Position numbers and translations under genes: made by a program. Shown one piece after another: positions 1-11,338 of a DNA stretch of 64,000 nt (position 1 is its first letter; each line of letters opens with the position of its first letter). The stretch is from an uncultured Verrucomicrobiae bacterium (GTDB lineage Bacteria; Verrucomicrobiota; Verrucomicrobiia; Limisphaerales; UBA11358). The stretch covers positions 263,493 through 327,492 of the forward strand of contig CAVTVI010000006.1 in assembly GCA_963738175.1 (NCBI GenBank), written 5' to 3'. The notes beneath the pieces were generated by a model. It saw only the letters and a program-made list of their open reading frames with translations. It was not told the origin of the DNA and made no database searches.

Positions 1-3000
1 ACACCATCCTCGCCCATCGCCGAGTGGTGCGACCAATGGGCGTCCGAAGGCAAAAAAAATCTCTGGGATACCGTCCCCGCCATCGTGGAAATGCAGAGTG
101 AAGGCGGCGCGGTCGGCGCCGTCCATGGAATGTTGCAGACCGGCTCCATTGCCACGACGTTCACCGCGTCGCAAGGCCTGCTGCTGATGATCCCGAATAT
201 GTTCAAATTCGCCGGGGAACTCTTGCCAGCGGTTTTTCACGTCACCGCCCGAACGGTCGCCACGCACGCGCTCTCAATTTTTGGCGACCACAGCGACATC
301 ATGGCCTGCCGCTCGACCGGCTGGGGAATGCTCGGCGCGGCCTCGGTGCAGGAGACGATGGATTTCGCGCTCATTTCGCAAATCGCCTCGTGGCGTTCGC
401 GTTTGCCTTTCATCCATTTCTTCGACGGTTTCCGAACGTCGCACGAAGTTTCCAAAATCGAATTGATTGATGAAGCCGTGATGCGCGCGCTGATTGATGA
501 CAAGCTGATCGCCGAAATTCGAGCGCGCGCCATGTCGCCCGACAAACCGGTGCTGCGCGGCACGGCGCAAAATCCCGACGCATTTTTCCAGGGACGCGAG
601 GCGGCGAACGGTTTTTATTCCGCCTGTCCCGATATCGTCCAGAAGGTCATGGATGAATTTTACCAGTTCACCGGGCGCCAATATAATTTGTTCGACTACG
701 TCGGCGCGCCGGATGCGGAACGTGTCATCGTGCTGATGGGTTCCGGCTGCGAAGCCGTCCACGAAACGGTGGAGCATCTCATCGCGAAAGGTGAAAAGAT
801 GGGCGTGCTGAAAGTGCGCCTGTATCGTCCGTTCGACGGCAAACGTTTCGTCGCGTCGCTGCCGAAATCAGTGAAAAAAATCGCCGTCCTCGACCGCACC
901 AAAGAACCGGGCGCGACGGGCGAACCGCTTTACCAGGACGTCGTCACGGCGTTGATGGAAGAAACCGCCGCCGACCGTTCGCATTTGAAAACGATGCCGC
1001 AGGTTTTCACCGGTCGCTACGGCTTGTCGTCGAAGGAATTCACGCCGGCGATGGTCAAGGCGGTGTTCGACAACCTTTCCGTCGTGCCGAAAAATCATTT
1101 CACCGTCGGCATCACCGACGACATTTCGCACACAAGCCTGGCGTATGACGCGGAGTTTTCCACGGAGCCGAAAAATGTCGTGCGCGCCCTTTTCTACGGA
1201 CTCGGCGCAGACGGCACGGTGGGCGCGAATAAAAATTCCATCAAAATCATCGGCGAGGAAACGGACAATTATGCGCAGGGCTACTTCGTTTACGATTCAA
1301 AAAAATCCGGTTCGATGACCGTGTCGCATCTGCGCTTCGGCCCGCAACCGATTCGTTCAACTTATTTGATTTCCAGCGCGAATTTCATCGCGTGCCATCT
1401 GCCGGGATTTTTGGAACGCTACGAAATGCTGCGCACGCTCGTGCCGGGCGGAACATTTCTGCTGAACACGCCGCACTCGAAAGACGAAATCTGGTCGAAG
1501 CTGCCGACGCCGGTGCAGCAAAGTTTGCTCGCGAAAAAGGCGAAATTTTTCGTGATTGACGCCACCAAGGTTGCGCATGACAGCGGCATGGGCGGACGCA
1601 TCAACACCGTCATGCAAGTCTGCTTCTTCGCGCTCTCCGGCGTGCTGCCGAAGGACGAGGCAATTGACGCCATCAAAAAATCCATCAAGAAAACCTACGG
1701 CAAAAAAGGCGAGGAGGTCGTCCAGAAAAATTTGCAGGCCGTGGACAACACGCTCGCGCATCTGCACGAAGTTCCGGTGACGAATAACAAGTTGAACGGC
1801 GCGGGCCCGTTGTTGCCGCCGCTTTCGCCGGACGCGCCGGAATTTGTCCGCGATGTTTTGGGCAAGCTCGCGTCCGGTTTTGGCGACGATTTGCCGGTCA
1901 GCGCGTTTCCGAACGACGGAACTTTTCCGACCGGCGACGGCACAATATGAAAAACGCAATCTCGCGCTGGAAATCCCGATCTGGGACGAGAAGACGTGCA
2001 TCCAATGTTTGAAATGCGTGGCGATCTGTCCGCACGCGACGATCCGCGCGAAAGTTTATGAGCGCGGCGGAATTGAAGAACGCACCGGCGACATTCAAGG
2101 TCACCGACGCGCGCGTGCCGGAATTCAAAGGCTTGAAATTCTCGCTGCAAGTTGCGGCGGAAGATTGCACCGGCTGTTCGCTGTGCGTGGACGTCTGCCC
2201 GGCCAAAAACAAGACCGAGACGAAACTCAAGGCCATCAACATGCGTCCGCAAGCGCCATTGCGCGCGGCGGAACATGACAACTGGAATTATTTCCTGACG
2301 TTGCCCGAATTTGACCGGCGCAAAATCAAGACGACCACGCTGCGGCAGCAGCAGATTTTGCAGCCGCTGTTTGAATTCAGCGGCGCGTGCGCGGGTTGCG
2401 GCGAAACGCCTTACATCAAAATGCTTTCGCAATTGTTTGGCGACCGCGCGGTCATCGCCAACGCGACGGGCTGCTCCTCGATCTACGGCGGCAATCTGCC
2501 GACGACGCCTTATGCCAAAAACAAATGCGGTCGCGGCCCGACGTGGTGCAATTCGCTGTTCGAGGACAACGCGGAGTTTGGTTTGGGTTTCCGCGTCGCG
2601 ATTGACAAGCAAAAACAGTTTGCGGAAGAGCTGGTAAAAAAACTCGCGGCACAAATCGGTGATGAATTTGCCACCGGACTCCTTCTGGCCGATCAAAGCG
2701 ATGAAGCCGGCATTTACGATCAGCGCGAGCGCGTTATTGCGTTGAAGGAAAAGCTCAAGAAGATTGAATCGCCGGAAGCGAAACTTCTGCTGCCGTTGGC
2801 CGATCAGCTTGTGAAAAAAAGCGTGTGGATTCTCGGCGGCGACGGCTGGGCCTACGACATTGGTTACGGCGGGTTGGATCATGTGCTCGCCAGCGGCCGC
2901 AAGGTCAATGTTCTCGTGATGGACACGGAAGTTTATTCCAACACCGGCGGGCAGATGAGCAAATCCACGCCGCGCGGAGCGGTGGCGAAGTTCGCCGCCG

Positions 3001-3518
3001 GCGGCAAACCGGCGGGCAAGAAAGACCTCGGCCTGATCGCAATGAGCTACGGAAATATCTACGTCGCCAGCGTCGCGATGGGCGCGAAGGACGAACACAC
3101 GTTGAAAGCTTTTGTCGAAGCGGAATCGTTTCCCGGCCCGTCGCTCATCATCGCCTACAGCCATTGCATCGCGCACGGCATCGCGATTGACACGGGCATC
3201 GGCGCGCGGCAGCAGAAGCTCGCGGTCGAATCCGGCCAGTGGTTGCTGTATCGCTACGATCCGCGGCGCGCTGAATACGGCGAGAATCCGCTACAGATTG
3301 ATTCGAGCGCGGCGAAGTCGCAGGTGAAGGATTTCATGCTGACGGAAAACCGGTTCAAGATGCTGACGAAGAGCAAACCGGACGACGCGAAGAAATTTTT
3401 CGCGCAATCACAAGTGGACGCCGACCGGCGCTGGAAATTTTACCAATTCATGGCCGCGCGCGACATGAAACCGGCGGCTGCAATTGCACCAAACACGACC
3501 GAAGCCGTCAAAAATTAA
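1..3518 (+). CDS. nifJ: pyruvate:ferredoxin (flavodoxin) oxidoreductase, single-polypeptide PFOR; 5' end outside the window; frame broken twice in the sequence as given
   Basis: Frame 1 reads from nt 1 (TPSSPIAEWCDQWASEGKKNLW..VEMQSEGGAVGAVHG) into ORF 85..1950. The ferredoxin-domain segment QYEKRNLALEIPIWDEKTCIQCLKCVAICPHATIRAKVY is in frame 2 (ORF 1844..2278). The rest, with CTGCSLCVDVCP and TPP motif GGDGWAYDIGYGGLDH, is in ORF 2058..3518. Shifts are at ~1935 and ~2063. Confidence 0.9.
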
Positions 3519-3531
3519 CCGCAGGAAACTT

Positions 3532-4521
3532 ATGGACCTGACCACAACTTATCTGGGCCTGAAACTGCGTTCGCCGCTGGTGGTTTCCGCATCGCCGCTG
3601 TCGGAAGACGTGGGTGACATCAAGCGCATGGAAGACGCCGGGGCGGCGGCGGTTGTCTTGCATTCGCTGTTCGAGGAACAATTGCGCCAGGACCGGCTGG
3701 AGTTGAATCAAAATCTTGAAAACGGCACGGAAAGTTTTGCCGAGGCGCTGACATATTTTCCCGATGCTGCGGAATATCGCCTCGGCCCGGAGGAGTATTT
3801 GAAGCACATCGCCGCCGCAAAAAAGGCGACGAAAATTCCCATCATCGCCAGCTTGAACGGATCGTCCGTCGGCGGCTGGACGGAATACGCCAAACAAATC
3901 CAGCTGGCGGGCGCGGACGCGCTGGAGCTGAACATTTATTACATCCCGACCGATATGGATTTGTCCGGCGAGGTGGTCGAGGAGACTTACATCAACATTT
4001 TGCGCGCGGTGAAATCCGAGGTGACGATTCCCGTGGCCGTGAAGTTGAGCCCGTTCTTCAGCAATTTTGCGAACATGGCCAAACGCTTCGATCAAGCCGG
4101 CGCCGACGGGCTGGTTTTGTTCAACCGTTTTTACCAGCCGGACATCGAACTGGAATCATTGGAAGTGAAGCCGAATATTTTGTTGAGCACGCCGATGGCG
4201 ATGCGCCTGCCGTTGCGCTGGATCGCCCTGCTCCACGGCAGATTGAACGCCAGCCTCGCGGCGACGAGCGGCATTCATCGCGCGACGGACGTCCTCAAAA
4301 TGCTCATGGTCGGCGCGGATGTGACGATGCTTTGCTCGACCATCATCCGCCACGGTTTCCCGCAGATCGCCATGATCGAACGCGAGCTGATTGACTGGCT
4401 GGAAGAGCACGAATACGAATCCATCAGCCAGTTGAAGGGCAGCTTGAGCCAGAAAAACTGCGCCGACCCTGCCGCCTTCGAGCGCGCGCAATACATGAAA
4501 GCCTTGTGCGGTTCATCTTAA
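3532..4521 (+). CDS. dihydroorotate dehydrogenase-like (class 1 DHOD/DPD-type TIM barrel) protein, PFOR-associated
   Basis: ATG 3532 lies 14 nt after the PFOR stop. Motifs: LKLRSPLVVSASPLS, IPIIASLNG, IPVAVKLSPFF, GADGLVLFNRF. Confidence 0.75.
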   Translation: MDLTTTYLGLKLRSPLVVSASPLSEDVGDIKRMEDAGAAAVVLHSLFEEQLRQDRLELNQNLENGTESFAEALTYFPDAAEYRLGPEEYLKHIAAAKKATKIPIIASLNGSSVGGWTEYAKQIQLAGADALELNIYYIPTDMDLSGEVVEETYINILRAVKSEVTIPVAVKLSPFFSNFANMAKRFDQAGADGLVLFNRFYQPDIELESLEVKPNILLSTPMAMRLPLRWIALLHGRLNASLAATSGIHRATDVLKMLMVGADVTMLCSTIIRHGFPQIAMIERELIDWLEEHEYESISQLKGSLSQKNCADPAAFERAQYMKALCGSS

Positions 4522-4626
4522 TTTATCCATATGAAAGAAAATCGTTTTTTTCCAAAAGTGGGCGTGGGCCTGATGCCAAAACAGGATCGAACCGCCTGGC
4601 TCAAGGGTGGCGACGCCGTTTGTGAA

Positions 4627-5316
4627 ATGCCCCCGCGCAAGCCGCTCGGCAGGGCGTGGCATTTGATTTTGATCGGCGCGCCGGGCGTCGGCAAAGGCAC
4701 GCAAGCCGAAATGCTGTCCGAACGGCTGGCCTGCTGCCACCTTTCCACCGGCGACGTTTTCCGCGCGGCAAAATGTTTCGACGGAAAAAATCAATCGCCT
4801 GCGATCAAAAGCGCGGTTGATTACATGAAGCGCGGCGACCTGGTTCCCGACGCGACCGTGCTCCAGCTCATCCACGAACGCGTGCACTGCCTGCATTGCT
4901 CCGGCGGATTTTTGCTCGACGGTTTTCCCCGCACCGTCGCGCAGGCCGAAGCGCTGGACAAATTGTTCAACGAGGAACACGTCGCCTTGAACGCGGTTTT
5001 CAATTACGAACTGCCGCTCGCAAAGATTGTCGCGCGCATCTCCGGCCGCCGGGTCTGTTCCCAATGCAAGGCCGTTTTTCACATCGCCACTCGCAAGCCG
5101 CAAGTCGAAGGCGTCTGCGACCAATGCGGCGGCTCGCTCTTGCAACGCGAGGATGACCGGCCGGAAGCCGTGGCCGTGCGGATGAAAGCCTACGAACAAA
5201 GCACGCGGCCGCTTATCAAATTTTATCAGAAGCGCGGACTGCTCATCAACATTGACGCCGACGGCCCGCCCGAGGAAATTTACAAGCGCACGCGGTGGCT
5301 GGCACTCGGCTACTGA
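4627..5316 (+). CDS. adk: adenylate kinase (Zn-lid type)
   Basis: P-loop GAPGVGKGTQAEML, GFLLDGFPRT, lid CSQC...CDQC. ATG 4627 gives a normal N-terminus; the ORF-track start 4531 would add 32 aa. Confidence 0.9.
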   Translation: MPPRKPLGRAWHLILIGAPGVGKGTQAEMLSERLACCHLSTGDVFRAAKCFDGKNQSPAIKSAVDYMKRGDLVPDATVLQLIHERVHCLHCSGGFLLDGFPRTVAQAEALDKLFNEEHVALNAVFNYELPLAKIVARISGRRVCSQCKAVFHIATRKPQVEGVCDQCGGSLLQREDDRPEAVAVRMKAYEQSTRPLIKFYQKRGLLINIDADGPPEEIYKRTRWLALGY

Positions 5317-5335
5317 CAGACTTTTCAACTGGGAT

Positions 5336-5584
5336 TTGAAACCAAACGAAAAGAAAATCTGGTTTCCCGCCAAAAAATACGGTTGGGGTTGGGGACCGCC
5401 CGTTTGCTGGCAGGGTTGGCTGGTCATGTTGGCGTATTTTATTTTGCTCGGCGCGGGCGCGGTGTTTGTGCTGCCAAAACATTTCGGATTATTTCTTGGC
5501 TGGGTCGGAATTCTCGTCGCAGGTTTAATTTCAATCTGTTTACTCAAAGGCGAGAAACCGCGCTGGCGCTGGGGCAAAGACTAA
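5336..5584 (+). CDS. small two-TM membrane protein, unknown function
   Basis: ORF 5252..5584. Motif WFPAKKYGWGWGPP followed by two hydrophobic helices. TTG 5336 avoids overlap with adk. No family recognised. Confidence 0.4.
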   Translation: MKPNEKKIWFPAKKYGWGWGPPVCWQGWLVMLAYFILLGAGAVFVLPKHFGLFLGWVGILVAGLISICLLKGEKPRWRWGKD

Positions 5585-5590
5585 ATCCTC

Positions 5591-6643
5591 TCAACAAATT
5601 CTCGGCAACTGCTCGCCGCTCGGCATGTCGAGAATCCGCCTCGCGCCGATGGTGCTTTTGAGGGTGACCAGCGGCGCGGATTTTTCCGCGACCCGGCCGA
5701 TGCCGGCGGCGTTTGAAGAAACTTCATGCCGACGGAGAATTTGCAACGCCCGCTCCGCATCCTTCGCCGCAATGAAAGCGACAAATCTTCCTTCATTCGC
5801 AACGTGCAATGGATCCAGGCCGAGCATCTCGCACGCAGCGTGGACATCTTCGCGCACGGGAATCAATTTTTGTTCCACCGCAATTTTTACCCGCGCCGCT
5901 TCCGCGATTTCATTCAACGCACTCGCCAGCCCGCCGCGCGTCAGGTCGCGCAGGCAATGGATTTCAATCCCCGCCTTGATCAAATCCAAAACCACTTCGT
6001 GAACCGGCGCGGAGTCACTTTCAATCGTGCTTTCAAATTGCAACCCTTCGCGCACGGCCATGATCGCCATGCCGTGCCGGCCCAAATCGCCGCTCACGAT
6101 CACCGCGTCGCCGGGATGGACATTTTGCGGCGCAATGTCGAGTGAATGTTCAATGACGCCGATGCCCGCTGTGTTGATGAACAGTCCGTCGCCCTTGCCT
6201 TTGTCCACGACCTTTGTGTCGCCGGTCACGATTTGCACTCCGCACTTTTTCGCCGCATCGCGCATCGAACAAACGACGCGCCACAAAGTTTCCATCGGCA
6301 ATCCTTCCTCGATGATGAAAGCGCTCGTCAGATACAGCGGACGCGCACCGCTCATCGCCAGATCGTTCACCGTTCCATGAATCGCCATCGAACCGATGTC
6401 GCCGCCCGGAAAAAAAATCGGGCGCACGACGTAGGAATCCGTTGTCATCGCCAGCCGGCCGGCGGGAACGTCGAACTGCGCCGAATCGTGGCGCGTGTCG
6501 AGAATCGGATTGCTGAACGCCTTGCCGAAAACTTCTTCCAGCAACTGGTGCATCAGTTTTCCGCCGCCGCCATGCGCCATCAGCACATGCGGATATTGCG
6601 AAATCGGCAACGGACACGCCGCGCTGAAATCAGGCGTCTTCAT
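5591..6643 (-). CDS. hypE: [NiFe]-hydrogenase maturation protein HypE
   Basis: MAHGGGGK motif, AIR-synthase-like body, C-terminal PRIC. ATG 6643 overlaps the hypD stop (ATGA). Confidence 0.93.
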   Translation of the reverse strand: MKTPDFSAACPLPISQYPHVLMAHGGGGKLMHQLLEEVFGKAFSNPILDTRHDSAQFDVPAGRLAMTTDSYVVRPIFFPGGDIGSMAIHGTVNDLAMSGARPLYLTSAFIIEEGLPMETLWRVVCSMRDAAKKCGVQIVTGDTKVVDKGKGDGLFINTAGIGVIEHSLDIAPQNVHPGDAVIVSGDLGRHGMAIMAVREGLQFESTIESDSAPVHEVVLDLIKAGIEIHCLRDLTRGGLASALNEIAEAARVKIAVEQKLIPVREDVHAACEMLGLDPLHVANEGRFVAFIAAKDAERALQILRRHEVSSNAAGIGRVAEKSAPLVTLKSTIGARRILDMPSGEQLPRIC

Positions 6644-7752
6644 TTTGCACCTGCCATTTCTGTCACATCCTGCCGGCGATACCGATAATAAGCCGCGCAC
6701 GCGCCTTCGCTCGAAACCATCGTCGCGCCGAACGGATGCTCCGGCGTGCAGCGCGTGCCGAATGCCGGACATTCATTTGGCTTTTTCAAGCCCTGCAAAA
6801 TCAATCCGGCAACGCACTCGGCCGGTTCCGCGACGTGATGGTTCGTCAGTTTGAATTTCTTCTCCGCGTCAAACGCCGCGTATTCATTGGCCAGACCGAG
6901 TCCGCTCTGCGGAATCTCGCCGATGCCGCGCCACTTGCGCGGAACCACCCGGAAAACTTTTTTGATCAAATCCTGCGCCGGCAGGTTGCCTTCGCGGCAG
7001 ACGGCCCGCGCATATTGATTTTCCACTTCCGCGCGCCCGGATTCCAGTTGCTGCACCGTCAACAAGATGCCGTGCAAAATGTCCAGCGGCTCGAAACCGG
7101 TGACAACAATCGGCACGCGATATTTTTTCACGAGCGGAAAATATTCCTCGTAGCCCATCACCGCGCAAACGTGGCCGGCGGCGAGAAACGCCTGCACGCG
7201 ACAATTTGGCGAAGACATCAAGGCTTCAATCGCGGGCGGCACAAGCACATGAGAAATCAGCATCGAGAAATTTTTCAAACCCTTTTGCGCCGCCTGAAAA
7301 ACGGCCATCGCCGTCGCGGGCGCGGTCGTTTCAAAACCGACGCCGAAGAAAACCACTTCGCGCGACGGATTTTCCTCCGCAATTTTCACTGCGTCTAGCG
7401 GCGAATAAACGATGCGCACGTCGCCACCTTTGGCCTTCACCGAAAGCAGATCCGTCGTGCTGCCCGGCACGCGCAGCATATCGCCGAACGAGGTGAAAAT
7501 CACGCCAGGTCGTGCGGCGATTTCCAATGCCTGCTCGATCACTTCGAGCGGCGTCACGCAAACCGGGCAGCCCGGCCCGTGAATCAAAGTGATTTGTTTC
7601 GGCAGCAATTCGTCTATGCCGAATTTCACGATGGCGTGCGTCTGGCCGCCGCAGACTTCCATGATCGTCCACGGTTTCGTGGTGACGCGATGGATTTCCG
7701 CCGCGAGTTTTTGCGCAAGCTCGCCGTCGCGGTATTCGTCGAGAAATTTCAT
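6640..7752 (-). CDS. hypD: [NiFe]-hydrogenase maturation protein HypD
   Basis: [10 protein letters not shown]-terminus; [15 protein letters not shown] and GFETTAP motifs. Confidence 0.95.
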   Translation of the reverse strand: MKFLDEYRDGELAQKLAAEIHRVTTKPWTIMEVCGGQTHAIVKFGIDELLPKQITLIHGPGCPVCVTPLEVIEQALEIAARPGVIFTSFGDMLRVPGSTTDLLSVKAKGGDVRIVYSPLDAVKIAEENPSREVVFFGVGFETTAPATAMAVFQAAQKGLKNFSMLISHVLVPPAIEALMSSPNCRVQAFLAAGHVCAVMGYEEYFPLVKKYRVPIVVTGFEPLDILHGILLTVQQLESGRAEVENQYARAVCREGNLPAQDLIKKVFRVVPRKWRGIGEIPQSGLGLANEYAAFDAEKKFKLTNHHVAEPAECVAGLILQGLKKPNECPAFGTRCTPEHPFGATMVSSEGACAAYYRYRRQDVTEMAGAK

Positions 7753-8003
7753 GGCGAGCGTTCCTCCAGTTCGCCGAGTTCGTCCATGCGTTTCAGATAT
7801 TCAAAAACTTTTTGCGCCTCCGCCTCGTCCACTTTGCTCAACGCAAAACCGACATGAACAATGACGTAGTCGCCGATGACGACCTCCGGCACATACGCGA
7901 GGCTCGCCTCCTTGACGATGCCGCCGAAGTTGATCCGGCCCATGCGCGTCAACTCATCGTCGCCGCTGATGCTCACGACTTTTCCTGGAATGGCGAGGCA
8001 CAT
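7749..8003 (-). CDS. hypC: [NiFe]-hydrogenase maturation chaperone HypC
   Basis: [10 protein letters not shown]-terminus (Cys2), 84 aa, 4-nt overlap with hypD. Confidence 0.93.
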   Translation of the reverse strand: MCLAIPGKVVSISGDDELTRMGRINFGGIVKEASLAYVPEVVIGDYVIVHVGFALSKVDEAEAQKVFEYLKRMDELGELEERSP

Positions 8004-8006
8004 GAT

Positions 8007-10301
8007 TTATTTCAGGTTAAGATGGTTTCGCGCGGCAAAAACTTGCCCCAATGCGATGCCGCCGTCGTTGGTCGGCACGCGCTGATGCCAATAAGGCTGG
8101 AAATTTTCCGCGCGCAGCCGCGTCACCACGTGCTCAAGCAGGTAACGGTTTTGAAAACAGCCGCCGCTCAACACCACGCGCGATTGCCCAAATTTTTTGG
8201 CGACTTCAACCACCGACTCGGCCAGCGCGTTGTGGAATTTTGCGGAAATTTTCGCCACGGAAACGCCGTCGTTCACGTCCGCCAAAATTGAATGGATCAT
8301 CAGCGGCCAGTCCAGGGTGAGTGACGAGTGACGGGTGACGAGGGGCAAGTCGTAGCGATCTTCCGTCACGACTTCACCGATTGCGAACTCCAGTTCCATC
8401 GCCGGCTGACCCTCAAACCGCATCTGTTGCCGCAGGTTGACCAGCGATGCGACCGCATCAAACAATCGCCCCATGCTGGAGGTTGAAGGCGAATTCAACC
8501 GGCGTTGCAGCATTCCTTTCAAAGTGACCATCTCAACCGGCGGCATTTCCCGCAGCGGCGGCAGGTGGTTCATTTCAAAGGCGGCCTCGCCATACAATTC
8601 ATAGAGCAGCCCCAGCGCGGCACGGCGCGGTTCCTTCACCGCCTTGTCGCCGCCGGGCAACCGGAACTGGCGCAAATGCGCCACGCGTTCGGCTTTTTCT
8701 TCCGTGACCAGGAAAAATTCGCCGCCCCAAATCGTGCCGTCCGTGCCATAGCCGGTGCCGTCCCACGCGACGCCAAGCGCGGGCAATTCAACTTCATTTT
8801 CCGCGATGCACGACAGGACGTGCGCGAGATGATGCTGGACGCCAAAAATATTCTTTCCGGTTTCACGCGCAAAACGCGTTGACAGATAATCGGGATGCAA
8901 ATCGGCGGCGACAATCTCCGGCTTCACTTGGTAGAGCTTCTCAAAATCGCCGACGACCCGGCGGAACGCGCTGTCCGCCGGTTCCGTTTCCAGATCGCCG
9001 ATGTGCTGGCTGATGAAAACATTTTCACCGACGGCGAGCGCGACGGAATTTTTCAGATGCGCGCCGACGGCGAGAACATTTTTGATTTGAAATTTTGGAT
9101 TTTGAATTTGCACCGGCAGCGGCGCGTAGCCGCGCGCGCGGCGCAAAATCATTTCGCGGCCAAGTATCACGCGGACGATGGAATCATCCTCGTGCCGGAC
9201 AATCGGGCGGTTGTGAACGAGAAAAAAATCGGCGATGCCGCGCAAGCGTTCACACACTTCTACTTCATCGGTGCAAATCGGCTCGTCGCTCAAGTTGCCG
9301 CTGGTGGCAACGACGGGAAATTTCAATTCCGCCATCAACAGGTGATGCAACGGGTTCGATGGCAGCATCACGCCGAGGTTCGGATTGCCCGGGGCGACGG
9401 ACGGCGCAATGAAATTACCGGACGCCTTGCAATCGCATTCTGATGTTTGAAGCCGTTTCAGCAAAACAACCGGCGCTTCGGGCGAGCGCAACAGTTGTTC
9501 TTCGAGCGGCGAAACTTCGCAGACGGCTTGCACGCTTTCGAGCGACGGAAACATCAGCGCAAAGGGTTTTTCTTCGCGGTGTTTTCGTTCGCGCAACAGT
9601 TGGATGATTTTTTCATTCCGCGCGTCCGCCAGCAGATGAAATCCGCCGATGCCTTTGACCGCGACAATTTTTCCACGCCGGATCGCACCTGCGGCAGCGA
9701 GCAGCGCCTGGTCGCCGCCAAAAATAGCTTCGCCGGCGTCGTTCCAAAATTCCAGGTGCGGGCCGCAGACCGGGCACGCATTGGGCTGCGCATGGAAGCG
9801 GCGGTCGAGTGGGTTTTCGTATTCCGCATGGCACGCCGGACACAGCGCGAATTTTTTCATCGAAGTGTTCGCGCGGTCGTAGGGCAGCGCTTCAATAATG
9901 CTGAAGCGCGGGCCGCAATTTGTGCAATTCGTGAAGGGATAACGAAACCGCCGGTTTTTGGAATTGAAAATTTCGCGCAGGCATTCGGGGCAGGTGGCGA
10001 TGTCGGGCGGGACGAGCGCGGTTTTTTGTCCGCCGGTTTCGCTGGCGCGGATTTCAAATTTTTGGAAGCCGACCGCGTCGAGCCACGTCGTCTCCATGCT
10101 TTGAATGAAACTGTGCGGCGGCTTTTCGGAGTCAAATCGCAGAAGAAACTTTTCCAATTCAGCGCGCGCGCCTTCGGCTTCGATGAACACGCCCTGCGGG
10201 GTGTTGTTGACCCAGCCGGTCAGGCCGAGTTCTTCCGCGAGCCGGAAGACAAACGGGCGGAAGCCGACGCCTTGCACCGCGCCGCGCACGGCCAGCTTCA
10301 A
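8007..10301 (-). CDS. hypF: carbamoyltransferase HypF
   Basis: Acylphosphatase domain (VRGAVQGVGFRPFV), two Zn-finger pairs (CPEC..CTNCGPRF, CPAC..CPVCGP), YrdC-like and Kae1-like domains. TTG 10301 is chosen as the start because the ORF-track start 10454 overlaps hypA. Confidence 0.9.
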   Translation of the reverse strand: MKLAVRGAVQGVGFRPFVFRLAEELGLTGWVNNTPQGVFIEAEGARAELEKFLLRFDSEKPPHSFIQSMETTWLDAVGFQKFEIRASETGGQKTALVPPDIATCPECLREIFNSKNRRFRYPFTNCTNCGPRFSIIEALPYDRANTSMKKFALCPACHAEYENPLDRRFHAQPNACPVCGPHLEFWNDAGEAIFGGDQALLAAAGAIRRGKIVAVKGIGGFHLLADARNEKIIQLLRERKHREEKPFALMFPSLESVQAVCEVSPLEEQLLRSPEAPVVLLKRLQTSECDCKASGNFIAPSVAPGNPNLGVMLPSNPLHHLLMAELKFPVVATSGNLSDEPICTDEVEVCERLRGIADFFLVHNRPIVRHEDDSIVRVILGREMILRRARGYAPLPVQIQNPKFQIKNVLAVGAHLKNSVALAVGENVFISQHIGDLETEPADSAFRRVVGDFEKLYQVKPEIVAADLHPDYLSTRFARETGKNIFGVQHHLAHVLSCIAENEVELPALGVAWDGTGYGTDGTIWGGEFFLVTEEKAERVAHLRQFRLPGGDKAVKEPRRAALGLLYELYGEAAFEMNHLPPLREMPPVEMVTLKGMLQRRLNSPSTSSMGRLFDAVASLVNLRQQMRFEGQPAMELEFAIGEVVTEDRYDLPLVTRHSSLTLDWPLMIHSILADVNDGVSVAKISAKFHNALAESVVEVAKKFGQSRVVLSGGCFQNRYLLEHVVTRLRAENFQPYWHQRVPTNDGGIALGQVFAARNHLNLK

Positions 10302-10333
10302 TCGCTGCGCGGGCGGATTTTTCCCCGGCGTTT

Positions 10334-10681
10334 TTAGCGTTCGATTTCGAAGCCTTCGAGAACCATGTCGGTCGGGTTCACGGCGCGGACTTCGAGCGAG
10401 CCGCACTGGGGGCAAACGTCGGGCAGATGATGGCCATGGAATTGATGATTGCATTTTTTACAGCGGAGCAATGGTTCGACTTCGTCCAGCTCCAGCGTGG
10501 CATCCTTCACGAGCGGGCGGTCTTTTTTCACGATGTCAAAGCTGAACCGGACATGGTCGCCGCTGTGGCTGGTGAGCGCGTTGCAGCGGATCTTGACGTG
10601 CGTGACGCGCCGCGCCTTCTGCGCGACGGCCTGTTTTTCAACAGCCTCGATGATGGCCTGGACGAGATGGACTTCGTGCAT
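10334..10681 (-). CDS. hypA: hydrogenase nickel-insertion protein HypA
   Basis: MHEV N-terminus and Zn site CKKC-N-CPQC; 115 aa. Confidence 0.9.
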   Translation of the reverse strand: MHEVHLVQAIIEAVEKQAVAQKARRVTHVKIRCNALTSHSGDHVRFSFDIVKKDRPLVKDATLELDEVEPLLRCKKCNHQFHGHHLPDVCPQCGSLEVRAVNPTDMVLEGFEIER

Positions 10682-10792
10682 AACTCAATTTGGTTTTGCG
10701 GACGACATGATTTGTCGGGCAACTAAAATCTAAACCCGCCCATTTGTTTGCGCGCAACCAAAATTGCCACTCACTTCGCATTTCTTGCCAGG

Positions 10793-11257
10793 TCAAAACC
10801 CTTCGCGCACGGCCAGCGATTGAATTTGTTTCAGCGCAACTTCAAATCCCGCCGCGGCGCGCGGCGAAAGGCCGTCACCAAAACCGAGGTCTTCAACGGG
10901 AATGGCCAGCGCCCAGGCTTTTGGGCTGCGACCAAAGATTTTTTTCGCGAGCGCAAGCAGCGAATGCGGGTCGGTCGCGTGGGCAAGAATCTGCCCGGCG
11001 TCGCCGGCTTCGATTTCGCGCAATTCCACTCCGCCCTTTGATTTTGCATCGGCGTCAACAAACACGACGGCACGCGCCTGCGAAACCGGCGCGGCCAGTT
11101 CCGGCGTGAGCTGGTGGCAGACGATGACGCGCACGCCGGGCAGTTTCTGCGCTTCAACCGCCTCGGCGACTTTCGGGCCGACGCCGTCGTCACGGCGCAG
11201 GGTGTTGCCGTAACCGATGACGAGCATCTCGGTTTCAATGGAAACTTCGCCATTCAT
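10793..11257 (-). CDS. hoxW: hydrogenase large-subunit C-terminal endopeptidase (HoxW/HycI family)
   Basis: IGYGNTLRRDDGVGPKV and HQLTPEL motifs. Lies immediately downstream of hoxH. ATG 11257 or 11323 could be the start. Confidence 0.85.
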   Translation of the reverse strand: MNGEVSIETEMLVIGYGNTLRRDDGVGPKVAEAVEAQKLPGVRVIVCHQLTPELAAPVSQARAVVFVDADAKSKGGVELREIEAGDAGQILAHATDPHSLLALAKKIFGRSPKAWALAIPVEDLGFGDGLSPRAAAGFEVALKQIQSLAVREGF

Positions 11258-11338
11258 AAAAATTTTGCCGGCGGAGAAACGACCGCACAAATGCTTCCCC
11301 GCCGGCGTTTTTTTGTCCAACACAACCCAGACAAAAAT

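Noticed and set aside
1695-3176. Long antisense or overlapping ORFs opposite well-supported genes. Examples: 1695..3176 (-), 9447..10337 (+), 11114..12748 (+), 27458..28486 (+), 29870..31855 (+), 31934..32941 (+), 52760..54088 (+), 20149..20934 (-).
   Set aside because: Their translations are Arg/Ala/Gly/His-rich low-complexity sequence with no recognisable motifs. They lie opposite genes with clear family signatures. Stop-free shadow frames like these are expected in high-GC DNA.
5252-5335. ORF-track start at 5252 for the small membrane protein, overlapping adk by 65 nt.
   Set aside because: The overlapping segment is Arg/Thr-rich and not membrane-like. An in-frame TTG at 5336 just before the conserved WFPAKKYGWGWG segment is more plausible.
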